The notes under the pieces: model-generated
Databases searched by the model: none
What the model was told of the DNA's origin: nothing
What the model saw: only the letters and a program-made list of their open reading frames with translations
In this document: in pieces, positions 9,431-23,396 of the stretch
How positions within the stretch are numbered: position 1 is the stretch's first letter
Layout: each line of letters begins with the position of its first letter
NCBI GenBank assembly: GCA_044892525.1
Contig: CM097888.1
Span: 37,324,001-37,388,000 of the forward strand
Reading direction: 5' to 3'
Source of the DNA: Schmidtea polychroa
Taxonomy: Eukaryota
Length of the DNA stretch: 64,000 nucleotides
Made by a program: the position numbers and the translations under genes

Positions 9431-12400
9431 TAGATGTCGATTTTAGACAGTACGAAATATTTAGTAACCAAGAAGATTATAAAATATTAAATTTTGAAAC
9501 TGGCGTGGGATATCTTGTTACTGCTGTAGAAATAAAAAAAGAAATATATATTTTTAAGCATTTATTTAATGATGTATGAATTTTTATTTGAAATACAAAG
9601 ATACCATAATCTTTAGTCAATTGAAGATAAACCAATTTCTAATAAGCTTACGAATTTTGCTCTGAAAAGTGTTCATAACTTATCTTGTGGACGCGATCAT
9701 TCGTTGGTATATGTCTCAATTAAAGATTTTAATTCATCAAGTCTTATATCCATGGGCAATAACACATTTGGACAATGCAGCAGCACAGATAATGTGCTAA
9801 ACTTACATGACAATATTGTGACATTTCCACTTGCCATTTCTCAGGTACTTCAATAATATGGAAACATCTGGAAAGATATTAATTTTAAATTAGTTTATTT
9901 CTCATTTATTTATTTTTAAATTCTATTTTATAACTTTAATTATAATTTTGTATCAATGAAAAATTTTAGAAATTCACTATCATAAAGGTAAAGATTTTAG
10001 ACAATCTGGTTAATAAGTTGATTTAAAGACATTTAAAGTCGAAATATGTATGCCAGATTTTATTAGTAGATGGTTATGTCTCGTCGAGATCTCCCTCCCC
10101 TATGACGCATTTTAATTAGTATTTTTATATAGGTCACGTTACCACGGAAAACNNNNNNNNNNNNNNNNNNNNNNNNNNNNNNNNNNNNNNNNNNNNNNNN
10201 NNNNNNNNNNNNNNNNNNNNNNNNNNNNNNNNNNNNNNNNNNNNNNNNNNNNNNNNNNNNNNNNNNNNNNNNNNNNNNNNNNNNNNNNNNNNNNNNNNNN
10301 NNNNNNNNNNNNNNNNNNNNNNNNNNNNNNNNNNNNNNNNNNNNNNNNNNNNNNNNNNNNNNNNNNNNNNNNNNNNNNNNNNTTCGAGGAGTGCAAATGC
10401 CCAGGGCCCGGGTTTGATTTGTCATGTATTTAAATTTAATTTTACTGACACTTAAGTTGACTTACCTACAATCCATCAGAATAAATTGAACGAATATCAA
10501 CAAGTAGTTAGATCAACATCGGTATCAATATTGAGTGTTCAACGCGAACTGTTATGAAACAAGAAAGACTGAATGGACTTGCAACTATTGCAATGGAATA
10601 TGATTGTCAAAATCATTGAACTTCGATAATATTATAAACGATTTTGCATCAGCTAAATCCAGAAAAAAATGTTTTTTGACTAGCCTAAATTTGAAAATTA
10701 AAGTTTGAATAAAACCCTCAGTTCATTGAATTATATCAATTTTTATTGTTTTTTACATTGAATTTCTCGCAAAATCATTTTTCACTCCCATTCATGCGAT
10801 CACCTGGCTTCCGAACACCTACTAATATTGTTGCGTCCTCCTAGGGCCTTGTGATCGTGAGCGTCTCCGGGGGCTTCTGCTTGAAACCACTGGACGTATC
10901 ACCTCAGCCTTCCATTCATCATCTCCTCGATATTGGGGATCAGTCCAGCCCGAATATCCCGTTCTATGTTGGCCAACCACGCGTGGTTCACACGGGTTTC
11001 CTCTTGAGCATCACCATATTCCTTGATGAGTTTTTTGGAGTGCGGCTTCGGCGACGTGAATCCGTGGATTCGAACCGGTTATCACGGTTACACCAGTCTT
11101 CCTTTACTCTCCTGGTTTCGCGCAGTGATTCGTCTTGACATGAATTTGTAGCCGTCTCTTTTACAACATGATTATGCAATGTTTTTATCTTATTTCACTT
11201 CATTACCTTTATCAACATGAATCACACATACGCACAAACTAACCAATACATTTTAATGATTTATTATTTTTATTCCTTCAAATTTATTTTAGATAAATAA
11301 AATAATATTACAGACTTAGTTTGAAAAACACTCTTCACGAAATTCTATAAGGTATCGCTTCTTGGCTTTAATACTTACAAATCTTAATTTGAAAACAACG
11401 ATTTATTATTTATCGTTTAACCTATAAATTGCAAGTAAGGATCCGGTTCAAGGTTGATGTCAGGATAAATAATCTACTTTATTTCTAATTAGTACTTTGA
11501 AAGAAATTAATAGATTCCATCGTATAATTTAATATCACCAATTTATATTGTGATTCCAATTTTATCAATTTTGCTGACGACTTTTTATTCATCATTTATT
11601 TGTTTTTCTAATTTTTTTTTAATTTTAATTAAATTCGCCGCATGATGGATATTGCCATAGTTTTATTATATAATTCTCATTTCTTTTAATTTTTGAGTTA
11701 TCTTGTTATTTTTTGATTATTTAATTTTCTAAATTTATTTTTTGTAATTAGTTTCGGTACCATGCTTAATCTCGTAATTTCATAGAATATTCTAGAGTTT
11801 TTATCATTTTTATTATAATTTTAATTCTTAATCGATTCCCTTATGCTATTTTTGATAAAATCTTTCTATTTCTAGTTTCTATTTTCTTATTCTATATTCT
11901 TTTATTGCCATAAATTTCAATTTGTCTACCTTCTGTTATTTATTTGTGTTATCTATGTTTCTTTCGTTCTATAATTCTTGCCTTTGTTATTATTTTACTT
12001 TATTTTTGTTTTCATTTTGATGTTATGTTTTCTCTTTTATCGTGTTTATTTGGTGTTTTACTTGCTTTTGAATTTTGCTCAACTTCTGACTATAATTCGC
12101 GTTGTTTAGCAAATTCCGATGAAAATTCACGTTTATTTGAGTATAAAATCAGTTTTTACTCAATAATATATATAAAAACCAGCCATTGCCACCACTGATG
12201 TAGCAAGGTTTCTGTGGGCTTTTATGACGAGCTTTAGCGTTGGATTCCTTGAGTTTTAGAGTCTTAATGGAGTCCCCCGGAAACGTTGGTTGTCTAATCA
12301 AAATAAAGATTATTATCAAACAATTAACGTCATCTTTTGGGTTCCAGGGTCCTTGTGCATTACATAATACACTGTTAAGCTACTGATCACCACGAAAAAT

Positions 12401-15400
12401 ACAAAAAGATCGCATAAGTTGACCCAATACATTAACAAAACGAAATTTCAAGAACATTTTACAAGAATCAACTTTGGGAACCTTTCCCATCAAAAAGTAC
12501 AACCGTTCCATCAACTTTAAACTTGCAAAGAATAAGAATTCCTTTCTCATTCAATACCTTCCTAATTTGTATTTCATTTTTACGAAAGTTAATTTTCTGA
12601 ATTTAGATTCAATGTGGATTGGATCATTCATTAGTTTTAACGAGTAATGGAAAAATATATTCTTGTGGTCTTGGTACAGATGGACAAACAGGATTGGAAA
12701 CTTTTGAAAATGTCAACCAATTTACCGAAATTTCTTTCGGAGATCCTTCAATAAAAATAAAGTATGGCAAATTATGAACGGGTTTAAAATACATACTTAT
12801 AATATTTGAAAATATCACTTAATACACTTAAAATTATTTATTTTTCAAGAGTTTCATTTTAAGGCGTATTATATTTACGTTTTTAAATTTGAATAAAAGT
12901 TTTTGCTGAAACTTAGATTAAAATTGAAACCATTTATTGCTTCGAAAGTTGGAATTTTGGCCATATTTCAATATTAATGAAGAAACATTTCTGTAAATAT
13001 AAGTAAGGTAATAAAGATTTCCAGAAACTTATTCCATCAATTTTATACATAAATATGAATTTATAATTATAAACAGTTCCTCATTTATTTCAAGGAAATT
13101 ATGCTCATCATCCGTCTGCCATCATAATCTATATTAACTGTTAAATAACCGAAAAAATAATGATGTAATAATTACAGGGTTTCCAAAAAAGTTTCATCCT
13201 TTTCCAGAAAAGTTTCATCCTTTTCCAGAAAAGTTTCATCCTTTTCCAAAAAAGTTTCATCCTTTTTTAAAAACGTTTCATCGACAAATATTAAAATAAA
13301 TTAAAAAGGAAGTACACGATTAAGGTAATTATTTAAAAATCTTCATCAGCAAAAGCTTTCCCAATAAACGAAAGCATGTTAGAAAAGTAGCCTTCGCAAT
13401 CCTCTTCCGTAATTAAACTGCTGGCTGATCGAATCGCATCCAAAAGCTGTTCTTTGGTATCACAGTTTGCATCTTTGATCAGACCTTTCCACTTCGAGAA
13501 TAAATTCTCAATTGGATTTAGTTGCGGGCTATAAGGCGGCAAGAATAATACACTATGCCCTTCGCTATTGATCAATTCTCTTATGGCTATAATTTTGTGG
13601 AAAGGAACATTATCCATCACAAAACACCGGTTCGTAATTCCTTCAGATCTCAACTTGTATGATTTAATGAGTTAATTGCATAATCTCAATAAATTCGTTG
13701 CTGATTGAATGTTAATTGTATCAGATTGTGATTTAATCACCAATGCCTCACATAAAATTCTTTTCCACGTATTATTAAAGCTTTTATATAAAATTTTAAA
13801 AGATTTTAAGTCAATTGCTCCTTTACACATTTTAATATGCTATATGACTCACGCATTTCAATCGACCATGTTTATGAACCCGTATGCGGGGATAATAGGA
13901 GGTCTACCCCGGCCTACCAAAAGTCTCTAGTCAGCCAGTTATTTACATATTGCAGTTTATAATGAACAGTAATGGGAACAAATGTCACAAACACACGAAT
14001 ACTGAATGTTCGTAGTGCTGAGAGAGGCGCACTCGTTTAGGCATTGTATCTACCACCTTTGCCAGGAAATCAGGGGAGATGTGTGACCATTCCTTATGCA
14101 GATGCGTTTCCAGTTCGGAGGTGTTTACGGGCAATATGAATCCCTTTGCGAACTCGTCTACCAAGGATGTCCCACAGAAACTATAGGATTCAGATCAGGG
14201 CTTTGTGGAACCCAACCCAAAACGTTAATGCTGTGCTACAGAAAGAATTGCATCATGATGTGCCAACTATGAATTGGTGCATTACCTTGTTGGAAAATGA
14301 TTCCCTGAATTTCTTGGAGAAAGGGAACAAGCTCATTTTCCAGAATATCACGGAGTTCCAGTGACGTCATGTGATTGCTGTACTTCACTAGAGGGCCAGT
14401 TCCACGAGCTGAGAAAAGACTCCAAAACATGATGGAGCCTCCTCCATATTTCACATTTGGCTGAATGCAGGTAGGGTGAAATCGTTCTCCTATGTGACGC
14501 CAGTAGAATTGCTGTCCATCAGATTTTAAAATAGTCCAACTCCTCTCCCGGCACCACTCCAAGCGACGTCGACGAATTGTTTCTGTAATCAAATGCTTCC
14601 TTGCGCAGTATTTGCCATAGAAACCATGAAAATGTAATGCGCGACGAATGGTGGATATGCTGACATGCGCAGGGACAGCGTTAAATGTGGACACTAACTG
14701 GGACAGGGAATACCAACGATGAGCCACCACAAGTCATTTCAGCTGCCGTTGTGTACGGATGCTCAGAAGTTTAGGGCGGCCCGAACGTTGCTCGTTGACA
14801 TATGTCTGCTCTTGGCGGTACTTCCTAAATAAGTAGTTAATAGTTCCTTTGGGATGGCCAGTCAATGCAGCAGTTTCACTGACTTTTTCCATAAGGATAA
14901 CATTCGTAAATAATGCCTTTCTGAAAGTTTGTAAGCTCTCTCCAAGTAGCCATATTCTAAGAAAATGACAATCCTTCATTAACATGACTCACTGTTATCA
15001 CTGTTGTGTGTCTGCAGTGTGAGTAGTCATATTTTGTGTGTACATGTGCGTATGCAGCATGTTGAAGGTGTTGGTGACCTTTGTTCCCATTGCTGTTCAT
15101 ATTTGCACTGCAGACGTTCATTATAACTTTTGGTAGGTCGGAGTATGTGGCATTACACCCATTACATGAAAACTTATACACTAGATCAAACAATAAATCT
15201 ATTAGGATTTGAGATTTATTTCTAAACATATTTAATGATTTTATATATATTGGAATTGCCTATTGATTTCATGACCAAAAATTTAAAATTTTAAAAACCT
15301 TCTGAAAATGGTATAACTAAAACGTAAGATTTTATTGGCTCATCATCATTAAATATCCACTGTTTCGGGCGCTATCAAAAGGCGATCAAAGGTTTCTTTC

Positions 15401-18400
15401 ACCAATCTTTCTACAAAACCTTTTGAATATCAATTTTTATTCAAAAGAAAAACGAGCTTATGTATAATCTTGTTAGATTTTCCAAACGTAGAAGATCATT
15501 TGAAAATCGAAACATTTATCATATTTTTATATTTAAAGTAATATAAGAGCATACAGATCACTTCCACCAGAAAACCCTAAACTTTGAGTCGATACCAACT
15601 TGACCATAACGGGAAATTAAATTTTTGGGTATTAAACTTTTAAGATGTAACACGATATACTTAGGAAAGAAAATGATATTCGATAGTGATTATTATATTA
15701 TTATATATATTATAAATCATCTTAATTTCCACATTTTTAAATAATGAAATCGCCAGAAAAGTTTCGAGTCGTGCTGACACAAATTTGGCTCTAACTGAGG
15801 ATAACAGAATATTTTGCTGGGGAAATAACGAGTATGGGCAGGTGTTCGTCAATACGTATGAGATTCAAATGAATAAACCCATTGAATTGATATTTAATGG
15901 CAGCAGTGAAATCAAAGATATATTGGCTTTAGGATCTTTTTGTCTAGTGCTAACTAAGGCTAATAAAGTAAGATTATTATAAAATAAAATCCATTTTAGT
16001 ATATATATATATATCTCCAACAAATTTAGGCTCTGAAAATTAATGACAGTTAGTAATAAAGACATAACTAATAAAAGTTTTATATGAAAACATCATGAAA
16101 AATGATTTTTTTTTAAATTGAAGTATATTAATTTGGAAATGTGCACGGGAAAATTAGAGCAAATATATTCAAAAGGAACATTGGTTAACTTTTTTCTGAT
16201 ATACCGCGATTTATGACATTTTTGGGTTTCTAGAATTGATACTTGAACATGAAGAAATATATAAAAAAATAAAGAGAGAAAGAAGAGAAGAAACTAAATT
16301 CAAATAGGATTTCGAATTGTGTTACGTTGAAATAGAATGATAGGCTCAAGATATTTTTAAAATACAATTCCCCATCATATTATTAAGAGAAAAAAATTGT
16401 TATTATTATTATTATATTTAATAATTATTACGATTACACTGGCCAATACAAATTTTTTACCAGAAGTGTTCTATTGGACCTTATGAAATATATTTGATAC
16501 TTTAACACGAAGAAATATATATAAAAAATAAATACAAAAAAGAGAATAACTAATTTAAAATAGGTTGAAATAGAATTATGATATTGCTTATTATTTAAAT
16601 TAGTTATGCCATGATTTTATTAAGAGAATAATTTGATAAAATAAATTTTTCAAATACATTATAATTATTACTAGTTATAACCCGTCAAAAATTAGGGAAT
16701 AGATATCATATTTTTTCAGTTCAAATACATAATTATCTCAGGATAATAACACTTGAATATTAAAAAAAGTATAACTTGTGTTCTAATTCATATCTTTTTT
16801 AATTCAACAACAAATTTCAAAAATAAATATTTATGGAGAAATATGTTTATTGAATAATTATGTAGGTATGTTAATCATATTATAAAAAATCAATACTATG
16901 AAATCCATAATAAATATTGCGTTATGTACTAACATACATAGAGAATTATAGAATTTGGCGAATTATTATCATTATTATTTTTATTAAAAAGAGCTAGAAG
17001 ACTATAAATCAGTAAATATATCGATGTTTTTGATATATTTACTGATTTATAGTCTTCAAGCTCTTTTTAATAAATTCAATGGAAAAAAGAATCAGTGGTG
17101 AAATTGGAAAAAAAGTTCTTATAATATTATTATTATTATTGATTTTTTTAAAAAGAGAGCTTGAAGACTATAAATCAGTAATATATCGATGTTTCTTTGA
17201 TACTCACGAATCTTCTGCACTGCCTTTATCAAGTGAATTTGATCATTATTGCATTTAATAATTGTTGTTGGGGAAAAATAAATTTATTTCGTATTTTATA
17301 ATACTTTTATAATAATATTGGTTTAATTATATTTTATTTTATATATATTTTTAATTTTAAATTTTAAATTTAAATCTAAATCCAAACCTGAATTTAAACT
17401 TAAATTCAAATAAACATCTCAGGGGTTTTTTTATTTTATTTATATTAATTTAGTTGAATGTTGATGGACGGTTTAATTTTTTTGATATAAAGAGTCTCTG
17501 CAGCTAATCTTTGCAATGAATTTTTGAACGCATCTTGTAACATTTTGCATTTTGTTTCGTGTAAGAATGGTGCTGAGTGGTGCTTATACATAATTTTCTA
17601 TGTAACAATGTATCGTTGTAATGCTATTTAACGGTATAAAACAAATACTAATTAAATATTAGTGTTAATAACTATGTTAATAATTATATGAGACCCGGGC
17701 TTATATTTTATATAAAAACTTTGAATATTAAAATAGCTTTTTAGAAAATTATTAGGTATTATGATTTTTGTTAAATTTTGTTTATTTCAAATCTTCAAGA
17801 AAGCTTTAGATTACAACAACAAGAAAATAAATCTTTTAAAATTATCAACGCAAGCTTATGAAAGTCAGAATGTTACGGATAATTTAGAAGTGTTTAGAAA
17901 TCCTTCTTGGTACATTTCCCTTTAAAATGGAGTTTATATTATAACGTGTTCTTAAACTATATTTTTTGTTCTTTTTTCTGTTCTTCTGCATATGACGACA
18001 TCATGTTCATTCCATGTTTTTGAGCATAGTACTCATCTCGTAAAAAGTTCACTTTTTGAAAAGTCCAATCGGCTTTTCTTAAACGACATGGTAGATATTG
18101 CAGATGAACATGGATAATATTTTCATCGAGTTATTGCCTTAATTTTTACTTAAATTAGAGTAACTAAAGGTGGGTGTATTGTCTTTAAACAGACATATTT
18201 CAATCGCTTGGAAACAGATGAGATTGAGCGATATAACGATAAAATTCTCACTTAGGATCATTAGTAATAAATTTAACATATTTCAAAAATTTTAAATTGA
18301 AAACATTATTGTTATTATGAGTAAAATTAAATATACAGCTAACACCAAGAATTATACACATAGAGGATGGAAAAATTAAATAAAATAAAGAATGAATTGA

Positions 18401-18759
18401 ATTGAAATCTTGAATATTTTACATGTTTAAAATCTGATTAATTTAAAATTTAATGACTTTTTCAGGTAATGGTATGGGGTTTATGTAAGAATCAAGGAAA
18501 GCCAGCCTCTTATAATAAACCAACAGAAATACAGATGTCAGGTTTTGATGGAAACAATATTGAGGAAGAAATAATCAAATTAAGTGGTTCTGTGCATTAT
18601 GCTGTCTTGCAAACTGTGACTGGTAGAATGTTTTTCATTGGGAACTATTCAACTGATAAATTTAATGTTGAATGTGGAATTTTATCTAATGAAATTATAT
18701 TCCCTAAATCAGTTGATAATTATTGTTGTGGATCTGATAGGTTATTTTTCACAATGTAG
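9431..18759 (+). CDS. RCC1L: RCC1-like (WBSCR16) gene; exons ~9431-9573, 9617-9844, 12607-12761, 15757-15967, 18466-18759; true start not resolved
   Basis: LSCGRDHSLV..SMGNNTFGQC, IQCGLDHSLVLTSNGKIYSCGLGTDGQTGL, FCWGNNEYGQ and VMVWG resemble, in order, human RCC1L SCGRAHSLV..SMGNNSYGQC, ACGQDHSLFLTDKGEVYSCGWGADGQTGL, FGWGNSEYLQ and VFVWG. GT-AG sites are phase-consistent. Confidence 0.85.
10480..10680 (+). pseudogene. hAT transposase C-terminal relic
   Basis: Frameshifted MKQERLNGLATIAME...FDNIINDFASAKSRKK. Confidence 0.7.
11620..12170. repeat. Dispersed AT-rich repeat, most complete local copy
   Basis: Shares blocks with 7020-7290 (direct) and 8105-8375 (inverted). Confidence 0.75.
13175..13950 (-). 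mobile_element. IS630-Tc1-mariner DD34E (DDE_3-type) transposon, 3' half
   Basis: ORF 13333-13653 VMDNVPFHK...LFLPPYSPQLNPIE with 34 residues between D and E; terminus ta|cagggtttcc; four 21-bp subterminal repeats at 13181-13264 plus a degenerate fifth. Confidence 0.85.
14030..15000 (-). pseudogene. Tc1-like transposase relic
   Basis: RSGRPKLLS, VSISTIRRAL, VKYGGGSIMFW, IFQQGNAPIH and PQSPDLNPI motifs, with stops and deletions. Confidence 0.85.
16980..17074. repeat. Fold-back palindrome with 43-bp arms
   Basis: Arms 16980-17022 and 17032-17074 match 42/43; related arms at 17157-17194 and 34669-34777. Confidence 0.9.
17450..17640 (-). pseudogene. Penelope-like GIY-YIG endonuclease C-terminal relic
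   Basis: LQRLAAETLYIKK then, after a frameshift, KPSINIQLN; resembles the PLE ending (L.IAESLYIKKLKPSLN.Q). Confidence 0.55.
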
Positions 18760-19683
18760 AATATTGAATAAATATATCACCGTTTCGTGGGCTTTATACT
18801 TTGAACATTTTTACAAATTTCGTGCTATATTTGTTTTTATTACTTTGCTAATTTTCTTCAAGAACATTTTTTTTAGGAAAAGCTAATTTTAAAAATTCAA
18901 CTTCTTAGTGATAGAAAACACATTAGTCATAAATATTGTGTCATTATGATAAAGTTACAGTTAAATTTCTGGTAACATAATTTTGGAAGAGGACCTTGAG
19001 GAGTATTTTCCGTGAGATATTTGGCTTGACAATTTTTTTTGGAGACCTCTACATAAATTTTTTTTCTTTAGGAAGGGGAAAGGGGTGTTTAAAATTTTCT
19101 TTTTTAATTTTTTAAAATTAAAAAATTTATTTTAATTAAAAAATATCAGGAAATTTTTAAAAAACTTAAATTTTTTTTCAAATCAAATACTCCACGGGGT
19201 AACTCTTCAAGGTTCCCTACTATCATAGTGTCATAATTATAAAAAAACAACTCATTAAAATTGTAGTAATCTGCAAAAAATATACAAATATTCGATACTG
19301 CATTAAATAAAAATAACACTTAATAAAAGAAATGCCGAAATGTTGTGCTGTATAGAAGAAAATATTTTTAATCTATAGTCATAATGAAAATAAATGAAAT
19401 TTTAAAAGATCAAATCAAAAAATAAAGGTATCTTAAAAAGATATCTTAAAATTGAACCTTTTTGATATTTATTTTTAATAAAAATAAATCGTCAAAGTTA
19501 TTTTAAAAAGGTCGTGTAGTGGGTAATGGCGCATTTAAGCTTTGGTGCACACTCAGGACCCCAAATGAAATTAAAAAATAATTATAAATAAATTTTGACT
19601 TTAAATTATGTAAATATAAATTATATTTTAACACTTGTCATAAAATAAAAATGTTATTTCAATTTGTTCAGTTTGAGCTAATA

Positions 19684-19843
19684 CTGTATATACTCGCGTA
19701 TGAGTCGAGAAATTTACGTCAAATTTTCAAGTCACTTCGACTTATATGCGGGTCAAAAAACGTACAAATTAATTTTTAATGAAATCATTAAACCTTTTTT
19801 TTATTTTTGTTACTTCGACTTATACGCGGGTTTCCAATTTAGG
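19684..19843. mobile_element. pogo/Tc2-like MITE left part, interrupted by a hAT MITE
   Basis: Begins tactgtatatactcgcgtatgagtcgag with internal cgacttata(t/c)gcggg repeats; the end resembles that of the 30071 element. Confidence 0.55.
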
Positions 19844-20268
19844 CAGTGCTCGAAGTGGAACAAAATATGTGCCGGGATAGGCATGCTGTGGCACCCAGGA
19901 TTCCAGGCTTTTATGCAGAAATTTTCAGTTGGGGGTGTTCCAAAACTTTGGGGGGTGTCCAACAAATTTTTTTTTGGGGGGGGTGTCCACCCATTTAATC
20001 ATAAGTTTCAGAATATACCTACCTATCCATTACTGCTGCTTGGGAAATTCTTAATTGAATAGAGAATAGAGAATAAAGAATATATATATACATACATATA
20101 TGGATGTACTATGTGTGACCTTAATTGCAGTATTTGTGTGCCTATAAAATGAAATAAGTACCGGGATAAACCTATAGATTATATGAAATGAAGTGCCAGG
20201 ATGCAATTCCGCCTACATAATCAATGCCGGGATAATATCCCGGCTATCCCGCCTCACTTCGAGCACTG
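19844..20268. mobile_element. hAT MITE
   Basis: Perfect 14-bp TIR cagtgctcgaagtg; perfect 8-bp TSD aatttagg. Confidence 0.92.
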
Positions 20269-22722
20269 AATTTAGGACTTAAAAACCTCTTAAATGAGAT
20301 ATTGCAGTAATTAATTTTTATGCAAAACTACATTGAACTTCGGTCGTCTGCTGCATTTTGAAATATTTTAATGATTCCGTAATTTTTAGTGTTAAAACTT
20401 AATGGATTTTTGGTTAACTTTTTTTCATATAGTCTGTACACAACCATTCTTAGACTCAGTCAACATACTTAGCAGAGCCCAAACATGTTTTCGCCTATGG
20501 TTTCGTTTTCTGTAAAAGCTTCATTGCCAGTGGGATATAATAATTCTGTACATGGGGTGTAATTTTATTTGGTTTATTCAATCACGGAAACCAATGACTT
20601 TTGCAAAACCCGTTTGAATTAGAAGTAATAAATCGTTTACAAAATTAGACATTTAAATTTATAATTATGATATTTAGTACACTAAGCTTCAAAATAGATA
20701 ATTGTGAAGTTATGATTTTTTTCTGCAATATAATTAAGGCTCTTGAAATTTGAGATTAAATAAAATTATAAACATTTAAATTTTTTTCCCTCGTTAAAAA
20801 ATAAATTGATATCAAAACAATTCAGTTCATGTTTCTAAAATTTATTAAACAAACGCATCACTTTATCATATCTACTTCAAAATAATAGGATACAATAGTG
20901 ATATTTGTTAATAAATAAGAATTTTATCATTTTTCAAACTTGAAACTTCATGAAACATTTCTAATGAAGTATAATTGTTTGAAGAATTTCATTTATTTTA
21001 ACTGATGCATAAATATTCTATTGTGAAAATTCGATTTGAATTAAGACAATAATAAATAAAATTATCATCTCTGTATTTCAATAGTATCACAATAATAAAT
21101 CCTAAAATATTAACATTTAGGCCACAACTTAGCGACAGATCGAGTTGGAATCCTGGAATTCAGATTTCTTTAAAGAAGAACAACTTTGTAAGACAACTAA
21201 CCTTACGAATTCTGAAATAATACGCTATCTACAATATAACAATGATCAAGAGAACCAACCAATCTCAATAATTATTTAATAAAATTATTTAATTTTCCAA
21301 ATAGAAGTTTTTGATTACAAATACACTTATTCTTCGATTTTGAACGTGTTTAAATTTTTAAAATTATTTTAAAATTTTAAAATAAATATAGAATTAATTT
21401 AAAATCATTGTTCTAATTTTAAATTCTTATGGTTATATTTTTTGTAAATCGACATATTGCAGATGGTACATTTTCCGTTAAGATAGATCAAGATAGATCA
21501 AGGAATTCGAATGTCTATTCAAGCACATCGATTCTTTAAAAAAAATTTAACAAAATCATTACAAATTATAAAAGTTTTCTTAAACTTTAGGTTCGAACCA
21601 AAATTTCAGATAAATTTCAAAGCCTCAAAATTATACATTTTTATGGTTCTTTTTGTTTTATCATAATGATTATTATTTAATAATTCATAATTTCTATCTA
21701 AGATATAAATTTGATTCCTTCATTATTCAAGTTTTTATATCAATGCAGTCCATGAAAATATTAGCTTTCCAAAATTTAATTGCCTTATTAACACTAGTTA
21801 ATTAAACCCGAATAAAATAAATCTTTGAGCAATTTCCATTGAAGAATATTTCGCATTGGGTAATACAAAAACATCAACTTTTGACGAAGCATCTTTTCAA
21901 CTGCACGTGAAATATCGTTTTTCTTGTCGCTTAAAAAATGAAGGATTTCTCAAATCTCTTCAATTGTATAATCAAATAAAAATATATTTAGTTCACCTGA
22001 TTCGTAAAAACATATTAAAAACATATTTTATTTGACTCATACATATCTGTAACTAAATAGAATTTCAGATATTGTAGATTTTGACTAAGTACCTAAGTTC
22101 CAAGTCCTCAATACTACATGATGCTTGTCAGCAAAAATAAATCTACCTCGGATATTCCCTTCAAAAAAATTATACATCTACCTGTTCTTGAAAAGTTCAA
22201 TGGGTTTATTCAAAGTGAATAGAGCCGAATTCCAAAAAACACCCAGAATCCCTAAACAATTCATGGTTCAAGTATATTATGTGTCAAAGACTAATCTCGA
22301 AATTTTTGAAAAAGTCTGTAAGTAGAATAACTAAAACTTTGAAATAATCCAACATGTACTCTACCATGTATTATATTCAGATAAGATAATATATGTCTTG
22401 TGCAATCGGCTACTTTTTCATTTTCCAAATTGATGCCGATTTGGCAGTTGTATGTAAATTTTCCAGATTCGTTGGAGAGTCATATGAGAATATCCTCTTA
22501 TAAAGAAGTTCCTTTAAATTTGAAAGACACCAGTAGTAAATTATTCAAAGATTTTGCTGCTTTAATCATTATTTGACCAAGTTAGAATCCTATATTAATA
22601 CCTGTCATCCAGGTAAGTTAGATTATAAAATTTATTGATTTTTTTTAATTATAGAAAATTTTGTTCTATAGAACCGAGTGTATACATTAAAAATAAATAA
22701 TAATAATAATACACATTAATAT

Positions 22723-23396
22723 CAGTGGTGCCCAAAGTGTGGCACGCGTTAGCCTTTTTTGGCACTCTTTAAATTTCCATATTTGTTAAAGTTTTCGAAA
22801 CAATTATCCTAACCTTGAAATCAATAATTATTATTTATTACTAATTTATAATCAAAAGAGATTAAAAACAAACGATTAAATATGTGTAAAAAATCAATAT
22901 GGAAATTTTATCTTTAATACTAAAATGTTGTATATATTAGAGCTTTGAAAATAATTAAAAATAAACAGAGAAATCGATTACTATATTCAAATTTAAATAT
23001 TCAACTTAAAATAAAGATGAATGATGATCCAATAGATTTTGAAAAATTAGCCAATAATATTAACCCTTTGCGGTCTTATGTCGAGTCTGACTAGACATAG
23101 ACTTTTTCCACGCAGGTCCTATGTCGAGTCTTTTTGAATTATTATTTATATTGTATGATTGTCATAAAATAAAATTTTAATTCCAAAAAATACCTTTTAT
23201 TTAAAAATACCAATTTAGTCCAAGACAATCATATATACAAAAATCATTAAAACAATTGTGAACCTGGTGGGTAACTTTTTTTACGGACCGCAAATAGCTA
23301 ATAAATGATTTTAATAAAAAATTTGAATTTTTAAATTGGCAATATTTATTTAAGAATTTTTTTTGGCACTTGTCGAAAATATTGTGTGCATCACTG
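22723..23396. mobile_element. hAT-like MITE containing a piggyBac-like MITE (23064-23297)
   Basis: Outer ends cagtggtgcccaa / gtgtgcatcactg with flanks cattaatat / cgttaatat; inner ttaa|ccctttgcggtc ... gaccgcaaatag|ctaa. Confidence 0.65.

Noticed and set aside
10063-10425. ORFs spanning N runs (also at 38641-39058 and 47870-48228)
   Set aside because: Artefacts of translating assembly gaps.
11066-11100. tRNA or SINE B-box GGTTCGAATCC
   Set aside because: The T-stem is poor, the A-box-like motif is too close, and no cloverleaf forms.
13181-13282. CRISPR-like repeat array
   Set aside because: The 21-bp units are contiguous with no spacers, lie at a transposon end, and the context is eukaryotic.
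19510-19565. tRNA-like gtcgtgtagtggg start
   Set aside because: No B-box or acceptor stem.
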